This document shows, piece by piece, positions 10,701 through 21,074 of a stretch of 64,000 nucleotides of DNA. The position numbers and the translations under genes were made by a program. The notes beneath the pieces are model-generated. The model was given only the letters and a program-made list of their open reading frames with translations, searched no databases and was not told the origin of the DNA. Each line of letters opens with the position of its first letter. Position 1 is the first letter of the stretch. Origin of the DNA: Dicyema japonicum (lineage: Eukaryota > Animalia > Dicyemida); assembly GCA_011109175.1 (NCBI GenBank), contig RDEW01000038.1:301380-365379 (forward strand). The letters are read 5' to 3'.

Positions 10701-13700
10701 AATTATTAACCCCGGCTTCGCCTGCAAGTGGGAAGCCGGCGACCATCAGAGAGCGTGCAGTCCGGACAGGCCGCTCCCAGAGATCCTCGACTTTTGCATC
10801 CGGTGGTCCAGGGCAGGGAAAAAGGTCCGAACTACTCTGCCAGCCAGAAAAGGGTGGTGTCCACATCGTAGGCGAGCCAGTCCGATTCTGATCTTCCTCG
10901 GGAGCGATTGTTCCGTTGGACTGATATCAGGGGGGAAGCGCTCCAAGACTTTGTTATATTGAAGTGTCCTAATGGCCCGTGTTGAGATGAAATCATGGAT
11001 TCGGCGGGTCCAAGTTGAGTCTACTTGAGGGGGGTGATCTTCGACAAGGCTCTTTGTAGGTCAAAGAGGGTCCTGCGTATGTATCTGCGGTTATTGTTAC
11101 TTAGCAGAGCGTGAACTGGGTGATTCGGGTCGAACGACTGCCGTAGGAATTGTAAATTACGCATTTCCAGGTGGTCATAGAGCGGGAGGATTTTCGACTC
11201 CCAATGTAAATGGTCGGTGGGGGTTGACTTTAAGCAGCCAGTTATTATTCTCAGCGCCGAGTTTTGCACTTTCTGCAGTTCTTGAGAAAGGGACAAGGAG
11301 ATTGAGGGGGCCCAACTTGGTGAGGCGTAGTTGAGTGTAGTCCTGATGAACTGTTTGTAGAGAAGAGTTAAGTTTTCTTTTTGCTGACCGTTTGAGTGGC
11401 CAGCTACTGCCCGTAATATGTTAAGTTTCCGCTTGGCTTTTGTCATTACTTCCTCCACTTGTCTGTTGAAACAGAGTGAAGGATCGAAGACAACTCCAAG
11501 GATCTTCGGGTATTTATTTAAGGGGAGTGGTTCGTCTCCCAACGAGAGTGTGGGGTTTAGGTTGAATTGTCTTCGATCGGTTGTGAACAGGGTAGCTGAT
11601 GACTTCGAGGTGGAAACACTCATCCAGTTTAAGTTCATCCAGTCGGATAGCAAGTTCAGGTGGTACTGCACTTTTTCGGTGGCCAGTCGAACATCGCCAC
11701 TCCTGGATGCGATTACTAGATCATCGGCATATGTCAATAGTAACGTATTTTGGGTTGTTGGGATGTCTTTGACGTAAAGGTTGAAAAGTGAGGGTGAAAG
11801 GACTGATCCCTGGGGAACACCGTTTGGTAGGAGTCGATATCTTGATAGATTTGAATATAGACACGTATGACCCAGTCTTCCCGAGAGGAAATTTGTGAGC
11901 CATGACTTCCATACAGAGGGAATATTTGAAGAATAGATCTTGTTGCAGAGGACCACACGGGAGATTCTGTCGAAAGCTTTAGTTAGGTCAATAGAGGCCA
12001 AGACAGTTCGTTCCGGGGGTTTGCAGTTGTTGAAACCGTTGGAGATGTATTGGGTTAGTGTCAGTAAGTGCGTGGTGGTCGAGTGTAAAGGACGGAAACC
12101 ATGTTGTGAGTCGGAGAGGTCGAGGTAGGGGGTGATTTCGTTAAGAATGATCCTTTCGAGGATTTTTGAGACAACAGATGTTAAGGAAATTGGCCTGAAC
12201 GAAGAGGGCAAGGAGGAGGCTTTGTTGTTCTTGAGTATTGGGATAATGTTCGACTTCTTCCATAACATCGGGATGAAACACCTGTTGATGGAGAATTCGT
12301 AGATATCTTTAAGTGCCAAGAGCCCGTTTGGACCGAGGTGCTTTAGGTGGAATATGCTGATCCGATCGGGTCCCGTGGCTGGTGAGTTTCTTGAGTTTGT
12401 AATGAGGTTTTGAACATGACTTATTGATACTTCGAATCGTGCCTTTGTTACCCTTGGGGGTTTAGTAATATGAGGTCGATTTTCTTTATTCATTGGAATA
12501 TGACTCATTTTGCAATAGTGAGTCATCAAGTCATTTGCCTGGCAGTGGAAATCTTTCGTTTGGTTGTCCTTTCCAAGTCTACCTCCATGGGTTGTGCTCG
12601 ATTCGGTTTGATTTGATTGTATTTCTCTGATAAATCTCCAGAAACTTTGGGGTTTTGATTTTGGATTCAATCGAGAGACGAAAGTGGACCACTTCTCCTT
12701 TTTGAGCTCCGTAATGAGGTGGGTTATCTTCTTGTTTAGGGAAGAAATTTCATCTTGGAGTTGCTGGTTGGTTGTTCGGGAACGTTTTAGGCGTCTTCTC
12801 TCACAGATGAGATCCAATATTTCTTTGTTGAAAAATAGTTTGTAATCATGGATGAATCCTTTAGGGACGTGCTTTCTATCCGCCGAAAGGATGGCTGAGT
12901 TGAAATGTGCAATGGCTTTGTCTGGAGAGGTAAAATTTTCACAGAGAAGTTTTCCAGCGACGTTTCGACGTCAACCGTGAAGTCGATCCATCTCGCCCTT
13001 TTGTAGTTCACATAGGTTCGCCTCGACATAGTTCGTCCGAAATGCAAGAAGATGTCGATCAGAATAGGGTTATGATCTGAGGGTAAGTCATATCTGACAT
13101 CCCAGTAGATCGATTTTGCAAGGGGAGCTGAGCATATGGAGAGGTCGGGAGACGTGTTAGGATCCCCAGGGCGTGTTCCACATCTCGTGTGTTGGCGGGG
13201 GTTATTAATATCACTAGGTGTTCCAGTTCAGAGATCACTTGTTTCCCTCTGTGGTCCGAATTCTGGTTTCGGAACCATAGTGGATCTTTAGCGTTTAGAT
13301 CGCCGCAAATAACTATGTTTTCGTATAGTTGAAGGAATTCTAGGTTTGGTCGGTAACTCTTCTGGCAGCAAGACGAAGGGGGAATGTAGATATTCAGAAT
13401 TGTGTAAGGAGTTGACATAATATTGATGGTGATGGATAGCAATTCCATATGTTTATCAGAAGCCGCTGTCAATGTGTGGTCAGTGGTATCCGTGAATGGG
13501 ATGGAGTTGTGAATGAGGGTGACCAGGCCACCACCGTGAGATCCATTTGATCGCTCAGAACGGAGCAAAGAGTAGTTTTTGAATTTTGGTGTTTGGGAGA
13601 AGGCAGACAAACGTGACTCCTGTAGAAGGGCAATGTCAATACGGTGTTTAACCAAGTACTCAGCCAATTCGGTATGTTTCGAGGTGATTCCATTTGTGTT

Positions 13701-13920
13701 AAGTTGTAAGATTCTGATGGGTCTATTCTGCGGCCCTGGGTTTAGTTCAATGTCACCGGATGTCAGGAGGGATTCTTGGGAGCGAAAGCTTCGTGCCCGC
13801 TCAATGGTCGCCATCGAGATCTCCTTGAAGAGAGACGATAGGGAAATAGTGTGGTTCTTTTTCATGTGTGCTGTGTAGGGCACAGGCACAACCAAATGAC
13901 ACCTCTTTGTGACCACAACG
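10700..13920 (-). mobile_element. Near full-length ORF1-less APE-RT LINE (Ingi/Vingi-like), least decayed copy in the window
   Basis: ORF 13059..13916 is leader + 2A + APE. ORF 11021..12817 is a 598-aa RT (FRPISLTS, QHGFRP, DLTKAFD, GVPQGSVLSP, YADD, ILGV). C-terminal LARLRCGH, then a tail at ~10700. Confidence 0.93.
13731..13778 (-). other. Canonical 2A-like ribosome-skipping motif
   Basis: QESLLTSGDIELNPGP, directly before the APE start (IRILQLNTNGI). Confidence 0.85.
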
Positions 13921-13924
13921 TCAT

Positions 13925-15410
13925 ATATTATTTATTATTATTTAAAGCACTCCCGAGAAGTCATAAAATTAATCAAGCCTCCCTTGTGCCGTATTTCTAG
14001 CCATCCTCTCTATCAGCCTTTTCCAGGACCCTCTACTTCGTGCCAGTTCCCTTAAGGTATCTAGGTCGTCTGCGGAAGTGAGCTTCAGTCCCACAGCCGA
14101 CAGGTCTCCATTCAAAATAGTTGGGAGTTGTGACTCTTGGTCTTCCACGGAAAACCGGCTCCCGTATGCATTAGGTAGTTTTCCATGGCGATATTCGCGG
14201 GTACTTGAGCATTTAGACGTAAGATATGTCCAAAGAGACTCCATCTTGATCTGAAGATCTCCTCGGATAGTATACCAGATTTGCACTTCGAGTAGAGGTC
14301 ATTGTTTGAGATCTTCTTAGGCCACTTGATCTTGATTACTGATTTCAATAGTGTCCTGTGGAAAGCGTCAAGACGGTCCATCTCTTGTTTAGAGATTCCC
14401 CAAGTGCCTGAATTGTAGGTCAGGACGGGGATGACAAAAGCCTTATATATTCTGAGTTTGGTGTTTAATCCCATCCTCTTCTTATGACCCCACATATTCG
14501 ATACTTTCTTTAGTGCACACATTGCGAGGATTTCCTCCGAGAAACATCTTCTGAGTCCCCGAGAAGCGAACCCACCTTCTTTTGCTTTCTCCAAGACTCG
14601 TCCGATCTTCGATCATTGCGTGTAAGTGTTGTGAACTCTGTTTTATCGGTGTTAACGGTTAAGAACCATTTCGAGAATACGTGTGGAAGAACGTTAAGCA
14701 TGTGTTGAAGTACTTGAATATCCTCAGAAACAAAGTCCAGGTCGTCCGCGTAGATTATCTCGTTATAATTGTTGCCAACCAGGGGTCTGAACTCTCTTAG
14801 TGCGGCCTCAAGGTAGACAATAAAGAGGACCGGGGATAGTGAGTCCCCCTGTGGAACTCCACGTGAGGTCGAAAAAAAGTTAGAGGTAGAGTCACCAATT
14901 TTGACGGCAAGTTGAGTGTTCCGCATGAGTAAGTGTATTATTTTGACATCGTCAGGCAGTAGAAAACTCTCCAACACTTCCATAAGTTTTCCACGGTCCA
15001 CCGAGTCGAACGCACGGGACATGTCGATACCAAGTATCTCAATAGATTTTTTGTATTTTTGGCACAGGGCACAATACCACCTGTGCCCCCATACCACGTC
15101 AGCCGTGGACCTGCCCGTCCGGAATCCACTTTGGCCGTCCGAAAGAAATATGTTCACCCTCTCCTTTATTCGGTTTAAAGCAATGAGGGATAATGTTTTC
15201 CGTATGGAGGTTAGGAGTATAATAGGTCTGAAGTTGTGAGGGGGCCTTTACTTTTTCCCGGTTTTTGTAGTGGAATTAGCCACCCTTTTCCCAGTTCCAG
15301 TTCATCTGCACCCTCGAGAGACCGGTTGAAAATGTTAGTAATCATTTCAATTAGCTCCTCCGGGCCGTATTGTAAAAGTTCTGCAGTAATGAAGTCTGTA
15401 TTCTTAAGAA
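13925..15410 (-). mobile_element. RTE-clade LINE, 5'-truncated
   Basis: ORF 14510..15157 (QSGFRTGRST, DMSRAFDSV, GVPQGDSLSP, YADD), ORFs 14112..14594 and 13969..14286 (C-terminus), then an AT-rich tail. Confidence 0.9.
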
Positions 15411-15478
15411 ATTTAAAAACAATTAGTTACAACATAAAACAAAAATATCATTACTACAAATAGTTTTTATACATCTAA

Positions 15479-15863
15479 CTACATTCTATGACGTCGAATG
15501 TTTCTAATACACTCTGTTGAATGGTTCTTATCAATAAGGTAGCAGAGTGTAATTATAAAGATATCCTTATAATTACGCATCTTTTTTAGCGATAATGTAC
15601 CGCTTTCGAAACGTCCAATGGTATTAGTAGAAATTCTATACCCCAGTGCATTCATCATGTTTGACATGTCCTTTTGGGAGTATTGGAACCTTTTACGCTC
15701 GAATTTGAATAAATTGGAAATATTGGAGTTAGACTCCAATATTTTATTAAATCTGTCATTATGTAAATTTCCTATTTTATTAAGATCAATAATTACTCAA
15801 TGTGTCAACAATCTTTTGATTTTCCTCCCAATGAGAGTTGTTGAGAAAATCGTAGCCTTCCAT
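15479..15863 (-). CDS. Divergent POU-specific-domain protein (119 aa predicted), no homeodomain found
   Basis: ATG at 15863 and a 25-nt GT-AG intron at 15772-15796; the 360-nt spliced CDS is in frame. FKFERKRFQYSQKDM...LGYRISTNTIGRFESGTLSLKKM follows the POU-S pattern FK..R....TQ.D....L.G..FS..TI.RFE...LS.KNM. Confidence 0.65.
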
Positions 15864-16194
15864 AACGATAATAAAATAGAAACGTCGTTAGTCATTAATA
15901 AACGAACTAATATACGTATGTAGAACAAAGTACATATGTTAACAAATTATGATAATTATTTCAACATTAAAGAAATATAAAATTAGGAAATATTACTTTT
16001 TATCATATTTCTCTTCTAGCGACGAGTTCTCCTTCGATCTCCGCTTCCCAGACAATGCACTTTGGATCAGTCGGCATACAAAAATATCCCTTATTGCGAT
16101 ATTTTCTATAAATTTATAGAGGGAGAAATTTTATATTGATTATTAACCCCACTTTATTTAACCAACTTCGTAATCAAATCATTTTTTTAAAATA

Positions 16195-16335
16195 AATTAT
16201 GACCCTCTTGAACGCTGCTGGTTATTTGAGCGAATGTCGCTCGCCATCCTGAGAAGGAATAGCCACGCAATCAAGGCATCCGCTAAATAACCTCTCTTTT
16301 CTTTCCTTAATAAAATTCCAGTTACTTTAACCAAC
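16195..16335 (+). mobile_element. CRE-like RLE element 3' stub
   Basis: LFERMSLAILRRNSHAI* matches the other CRE-like C-termini in the window (46560, 60162). Confidence 0.7.
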
Positions 16336-16369
16336 AATAAAAAAGTTAATTTTTAATAATCAACAACCT

Positions 16370-17160
16370 TCCTCGCCTGCCTATTCGCCAGTCTCCTAAA
16401 GCAGGTTCAATTCTCGTTGATGAAACAACTCTGAGAGCGCCTTGTCCAATTGAATCCTCTGCTTATATGGCATTTCCGGGCTCTGCCTCCTATACTCCGT
16501 ATCAGGCTCTCTAGGTACTACTTTAATACGATCTACACCTAACTGCTTCAGATAACCTTTGTGGTACTTTTTGCAATTCTTTCCCACGTCATTACTATTG
16601 GAATAATGAGTACCTTGCAACCAAGCATCTGTCCAATCTCGTTTGTAAGCGAGTCAAAAAATTTTTTTGCTCTATCTCCACATTTCAGGTTTATCGAAAT
16701 TCATAGTGCGAAAGATAGAGCGAATCGTAAAAAGCACAGCACAAATGGAACCCTAAGTATTCATATGTTTATGGGTAACCCAGGAGTGCATTTAATAAAC
16801 TAACTTAACTATGATTGTCTTAATTGGCCACGAGGCATCATGTAGTCACATGATTGAAGATTTCTCTTTCTTCAGATGTAATACTCATATCCACCTTACT
16901 CAGAAGACACCTGGGCTAGTTTGGACGTGAAAATTGGGCTAGTTTGTGAATCCTTAAGATAGCAAAGTCCCCTGACCATCCACTCGTACCGCACATCAGA
17001 CTATATATGGACGCCTTTCCGAGATATGAAAAGAAACATTCCCGGCTGTGGAGATTAATCCAGGACTCCAAAACTAACCGCAGGAAAAGGACTGGTATCA
17101 CTTAACTAGACGATGACTTTTATCATCTTTCTCGTGATTTTGGGGTTAATAAAATAAATG
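16370..17160 (+). mobile_element. Decayed LINE 3' portion
   Basis: Ends in CTGGTATCACTTAA...GTGATTTTGGGG-TTAATAAAATAAAT, like the other Ingi/Vingi-like copies. Confidence 0.7.
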
Positions 17161-18249
17161 TATATATCAGAAAATAGTCACATTTTCGGAACCCTACGGT
17201 CTGAATCCACATCTTGAGTATGGGGGATAAAACGAAAACATGCATGGTTTGTTAGCTTTGTCTATTTTAGATAACGAATAATTCTCCAACTCAGATTTCG
17301 AGCAAGCAGACGCTAAATTCGGTAAAATATGAAAATTTGTTAACATTCTGTTTGATTTGGTAGATTTAATGAAATCGACTCTCATTGTCTTGAGGAAGCG
17401 GAGGATACTGGAAGTGACTTGAAATACGTCTACTTTACTACCTGGTGACTAATTTTACTCATAGACTGAGCGTCCTGACATACAAGAAGATCATCTGTAG
17501 GTAATAAAAAGGTTAGAACCATATGAAGACTCTATAAATCAGCAAACTCGTGAATTGATTTGGATGTTGTCAATTTGCTATCCAAACACAAGATATATGA
17601 TAAGGTGTCGATTTCCAACTTTGAGGTTATTTTTGGGTACATAAATAACCTTTCTAAAATGCTGGAGATTAATCAGACGGTGAGTCTGAATTTAATTGGT
17701 TTTGATGTGAGTTTTTATTACAGAGGAAATTGCAGAGTACAAAGAAATAAAGGAAGAGAGATTGGAGAGCTCCGTCAAAATATTATTAATTTATAAAAAT
17801 AGTTTTTTGTTTTTTTTGTTCAAATTATTTTTTTGGTATTTACAGCTCTTGAATAAGTTCATCGACTGGGCAATGTCCACTGTCTCTCATCAGCTACTAT
17901 GATTTTTTATGTCTTGGTTTATTAATTTATTTACCATGATTTGTTATTCTTTGGACTGAAAGAGACCTGTGGCTAACAAGAACGTTATAGCAATGAGTTG
18001 ATGCTCCTATAGATCCGTCAAGTGTATTTGATTCTGTACAGAACTCAGATGCGGATCATTATAAACCCTTCAACAAATATAATAGAAATTATTTTTTAGC
18101 AGTGATTGCTATAATTTACTAATTGAGTTAAAACTTCGAAAGTAAAAAACGGCCAAGGATACAGTCAAAACCGTGTTGAATAGCTAGAAAATCTAAAAGA
18201 CAGATTCAACATTCTCAGCAGACGAACAGTAAGGCATGTATCACGTATA

Positions 18250-18935
18250 ACAGAATTACAAGGGTAATGATCAGTTCCAAGGATGAACCGAGTATTTTTG
18301 TCCCACTCGGATTCCAGTGACAAGGTCCCCCACTGTCCTTGGAGTCAAGTACGACAGTCTTCTCAATTTCAACTCCCACGCAACAGACATGATTACCAGG
18401 GGCCTCCAGAAAGTTAACGTTATACGCGCCCTTGTTCGGAGGACCACGAGGAACATGGACTTTTCCGTTTCTACCCTCTACCAACAAACAATCGCGCCTG
18501 CCGTTGAGTATGCCTCCGTTGCATGGAGATTCGGGCTATCGGAGTCTATGGTCCAAAGAATCAACTCAATATACCGGAAAACAATCAGTATGCTTTGCCC
18601 ACGTAATGGATCAACAGTCGACCCACTACTCATGGAAGCTAAAATCCGTAGTCGTGGCTCCGGATTTCTTAGTGTCTGTGAGGAAGATGGAAATCCGCTT
18701 CGCCTGATCCTTTCCATGGCAAGAGAAAACCGATTGGATAAGAAATTCCCCTCCCCGATCGGATTCCTCTGCAAGACCAAGAGAAGGCTCTTCCGGAAAG
18801 TAGTGGGGACGATGGAAGATCACAGACGTCGAATGGCACAAGTGAGTGCGAGGACTGGTATCACCTAACTGTTTGAATCTTTTGTCTTTCTTTCTCGGTG
18901 TTCCCGGGGTTATTAAAATAAATAAAAATAAATAA
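18250..18935 (+). mobile_element. 5'-truncated LINE, same family as 60780-64000
   Basis: ORF 18317..18868 (PTVLGVKYD...EYAS). 18255-18450 is nearly identical to 63825-64000. Tail TTATTAAAATAAATAAAAATAAAT. Confidence 0.9.
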
Positions 18936-19089
18936 AACTGTGACTGACTAATCTCCGAAAGCTTTTTATTAAGAATATGAGAGATAACACCCATGAAATG
19001 GGGGAGCACAATACAATAAGGTGTTCCACGTCGGTAATAACAGTATCGGGAAAGAAGAGATGATCCTCATTGTGATTTAAAAAATTAAT

Positions 19090-19385
19090 CTTGCGAGAGT
19101 CCCAGATTACAAATTTCAGGTTGAGTCGCATAAATCTCGAGTCCATAACTGTTAAGAATGGGAGGAAGTATTCAAGACTTATCACAACCGACTCGATCAA
19201 AGCATCGTCCGAACATCGTCCAAATACCAACAATTGGCCGATTCGCACCCGCCGCAGACGTCCACTCCGAGTTGTGCAAGTTTCGATTTGGAAGACAGAT
19301 CATCGATGACCCGCCGCACGAAATTCTTGAAGCAAGTCTTCGGAATAGACTCCCAACAGGCCTGACTTCGCCAACAGCACGTCAA
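19090..19385 (-). mobile_element. CRE-like RT fragment
   Basis: VRPVGSLFRRLA and QLGVDVCGGCESA motifs. Confidence 0.7.
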
Positions 19386-19392
19386 TTTTTAA

Positions 19393-20415
19393 TCAAATTA
19401 ATTTATTTGCAAGCAAAAATTGAAAAGTTTTTAAAAAATCTCCATTTTCACAAATAAGTGCATTCATAACACTTTCCTCAGTAATACTAAAGTACCGAGA
19501 AATAATCTACACTCATTATTCCAAATAACCTCAACATTCCCCCATATTCTGTCCAATTCTTTACTACCATCTTCCTTGATAAATAGACTGCTTTGAATTA
19601 AGTCAGCCTCTTCAGGATTATTCAATGTATGAATTGACGACTCTGCTGTAAAATCTGACTCATCTCCAGAGAACATGGCGCTATAGACTAGGGAATCATT
19701 AAATGATCCAACATTCGTCGCCATCCGACATCACAAAAGTTGGGACTGAGCTGGGACTAGTTTCAACAAGAGACTGAGATCGGCGGTTCGTGGGAGAAAA
19801 ATATATTCGCCAATCTGTTGGGATATTGTATGAATGTATCCGCGGCAAGATTTTCTTCAGGAACCGGTCTCTCATGGATTGACTGGAATGGGAGGTAATC
19901 TGGGTTCAAATAAATTGGACCTTCTGCACCGACATCATCTTCCATATTCTGAATCCCTTCACTTCTTCGAGAAGTTTATTTTGGTAGATATGCAATATTA
20001 TTTTCATGTCGTCAGAAAAACAGTACTTTATGAGACTAATATGAGTTCAAAAAATACCCCCTGCACGTGGATTCCATGTTCTTACTGACTGAATTGGCGT
20101 TGTTTATATTGCGTATGTTTGAATACAAAAATTCATCGATGGGTAATATTTTGTTGTCTGTTATACACTAAGTTATGTAGTTCACGGAAACTGCGTTTTT
20201 TTCACAGGTTTCGTTGGAAAGAAAAAGGCTTTGTATTTTTTAAAATCTCACCTGATTGAGTCGCCAGTCTTTTTGGATGTCAGTTCTCCGCCGTGCGTCA
20301 TGATTACCGCCCTCATGTTGGCCTTTTTAGGACGAGGTTTTATAGAAAATTTCATCGGAATTCCATTAACTACGAATAACACCTCATTTATATATTCAGC
20401 ATTAGGAAAATCCAT
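19393..20415 (-). CDS. TERF2IP: RAP1/TERF2IP-like telomere protein (BRCT + Myb + partial RCT), ~302 codons with one in-frame TAG
   Basis: Six exons with introns of 23, 22, 21, 25 and 23 nt (20229-20251, 20036-20057, 19900-19920, 19688-19712, 19507-19529); the spliced length of 909 nt keeps frame. BRCT LFVVNGIPMKFSIKPRPKK...IMTHGG; Myb KYCFSDDMKII...GFRIWKMM...HSSQSMRDRFLKKI; C-terminal VMNALICENGDFLKTFQFL. Confidence 0.8.
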
Positions 20416-20619
20416 GGAAAAACCACAAAGAAAAAAATAGTTTAAATTTAAAAATTCAGTATTTTATTTATTTTATATTTTTAATAATTATTTTATGCCA
20501 ATATAAATTAAATTTTCATTAGCAAACCAAAGTTCTATATTATAAAATATATAAAAAACCAAAGTTCTACCCGCCGCGGTTGAGGTGGTGACGTCCCTCT
20601 TTAAGTTATGTCTGATGAA

Positions 20620-21065
20620 CACAAAAATTGCAATCTAAAGGACTTCTTTAACGTTCATTGTCAGAGGACTCTTCAGTGCATGGAAAAGAAAAGAACTTTG
20701 TGAAGACCTTTCATAATATAAGAAATCAATCGGATGTCTTTACGAGACAAAAATAACGAAGGAGTTTGAGGAACAACACGGAAAGTTTAAGTTAATCTTT
20801 CTATCTGGGGATCAAAATATGGAACGCAAAAACTATACAAGATAATTGCCTGGATTCTTAACGAAACGTAGAGTAAAGGAGCCACCTTTCCACTTGGAAA
20901 AGGACTATTGATACCAGTACAAAATCGGGAAAAGTTGAGAACCTAAGACCAGTGGTCTTAACCAACACATTGCGGAAGATACTATATTATGCTTCAAAGA
21001 ATGGAGAGACGCCTAGACTTGTACATGTCGGCTTATCAAAGTGGCTTCCGAAAAGGGTAAGGTAA
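20620..21065 (+). mobile_element. Heavily deleted RTE-like remnant
   Basis: APE-start-like segment joined to YMSAYQSGFRKG. Confidence 0.55.
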
Positions 21066-21074
21066 GTTATTATA

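Noticed and set aside
11418-12128. Plus-strand and alternative-frame ORFs (11418..11777, 11940..12128, and similar ones over other LINEs) as separate genes
   Set aside because: They are antisense or off-frame shadows of RT coding sequence with no recognisable motifs.
17560-17796. 78-aa ORF as a host gene
   Set aside because: It starts at TTG, has no recognisable domain, and no consistent tiny-intron model could be built.
20168-20170. Genome-wide stop-codon reassignment
   Set aside because: Only one in-frame TAG was found in host genes. The other predicted genes end normally at TAA, TGA or TAG, and the traced SLC17 exons have no internal stops.
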